A stretch of 26,521 nucleotides of DNA from a virus (lineage: Duplodnaviria > Caudoviricetes): positions 1-26,521 of IMG/VR virus record IMGVR_UViG_3300020045_005223, one strand, 5' to 3'. The position numbers and the translations under genes were made by a program. Shown here in pieces: positions 25,744 to 26,521 of the stretch. Every line of letters begins with the position of its first letter. Position 1 is the first letter of the stretch. The notes under the pieces were generated by a model. That model did no database searches. It saw only the letters and a program-made list of their open reading frames with translations, and was not told where the DNA came from.

Positions 25744-26521
25744 ATGGCTCAACAAAGATTTTGGTCATGGAAGGATGATGATTCGTCTTTCAACCTATCA
25801 CAAGAAAAGTTAGGTATCATTGACAACGGACGGTATAGAGGCTTTGACTATGCCTCAAGTACTACAGGCATGAACTTGAAGCTAGACCACAACCTAACAG
25901 GCTTTAAGCAAGTAAACTTAGCTCAAGTAGCTAGTGGTTTACTAGGGGTATGGGTAACACGTCAAGGGGTAACAGTCGTAGAAGATGGTGCTATCACGCT
26001 ACCAATTTCAGACGGTGATGCAACCTATGACCGTATTGATTTAATCGTAGGAGAACACGAGCAAGTCGCTTCAGTAGGCGGTATCGCAGCTACTTACAGC
26101 GTGATTGAAGGTACACCTTCTGCTTTTCCTGTACGTCCTAGCCTACCATTGCCTAACAAGCACGTAGTATTAGGGTGGTTATTAGTTCCCGCAGGGGCTA
26201 CGGCTTTGACAGCTGATATGTACCATGTGGAGAACGTGCCTACTTTCGCACAAGACCCTATGATAGCTTACTTAAACAAGACACAGCGATTCATAGCCCC
26301 CCACTCTCAATTCAATGCTTCATGGGATGTATCACATGGTAAGTTTGACATTAGCAATAACGCCTTAGTCTTGGGGGTAGCTGGCACCGCAGGTACTACG
26401 GAATATCCCGCTAATTCTGACGCAGGGTATTTTTGGGTGTTTGGAGAGATAGATGGTGCTACTTTACCTAGTGACTACGTTGAAGTAAGAACGCTAAATT
26501 TCTTCACAGAGCGCACTTTAT
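25744..26521 (+). CDS. Tail fibre / fibre-attachment protein, N-terminal part (3'-truncated, not in the ORF track)
   Basis: Manual translation MAQQRFWSWKDDDSSF...DRIDLIVGEH...VIEGTPSAFPVRPSL...LGWLLVPAGAT..., open to the window end. RIDLIV/GTP is typical of fibre N-termini. Confidence 0.65.
   Translation, partial: MAQQRFWSWKDDDSSFNLSQEKLGIIDNGRYRGFDYASSTTGMNLKLDHNLTGFKQVNLAQVASGLLGVWVTRQGVTVVEDGAITLPISDGDATYDRIDLIVGEHEQVASVGGIAATYSVIEGTPSAFPVRPSLPLPNKHVVLGWLLVPAGATALTADMYHVENVPTFAQDPMIAYLNKTQRFIAPHSQFNASWDVSHGKFDISNNALVLGVAGTAGTTEYPANSDAGYFWVFGEIDGATLPSDYVEVRTLNFFTERTL

Noticed and set aside
1-26521. CRISPR array, tRNA, intron, intein, IS element or integrase
   Set aside because: I saw no repeat-spacer arrays, cloverleaf sequences, splicing motifs or transposase/recombinase ORFs. 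Intergenic spaces are short and already explained.

Overview
The window is the virion-morphogenesis region of a contractile-tailed (myovirus-type) phage or prophage. Every credible gene is on the + strand. The host is most likely Bacteroidota: there are TAnnTTTG -7 promoter boxes, A/C-rich start contexts without Shine-Dalgarno motifs, and a Bacteroidota-style lipoprotein. Gene order: truncated DUF4942-type methyltransferase gene; ParB-like gene; portal-MuF fusion; a self-contained 5-gene accessory cassette; prohead protease/scaffold; decoration protein; major capsid protein; neck genes with an embedded u-spanin-like lipoprotein; tail sheath (split in two frames); tube; tail chaperone with a -1 frameshift; tape measure; baseplate genes; holin; truncated tail-fibre gene. 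No terminase, endolysin, integrase, tRNA or CRISPR array is visible. Points of most interest: the split sheath, a ParB fused to an apparently inactive methyltransferase, the operator-bearing cassette with duplicated CGTxxC genes, a nested scaffold start with its own promoter box, lysis genes dispersed through the virion operon, and near-total avoidance of GATC and CCGG. Product calls come from motif recognition and gene order by eye; no database searches were run.
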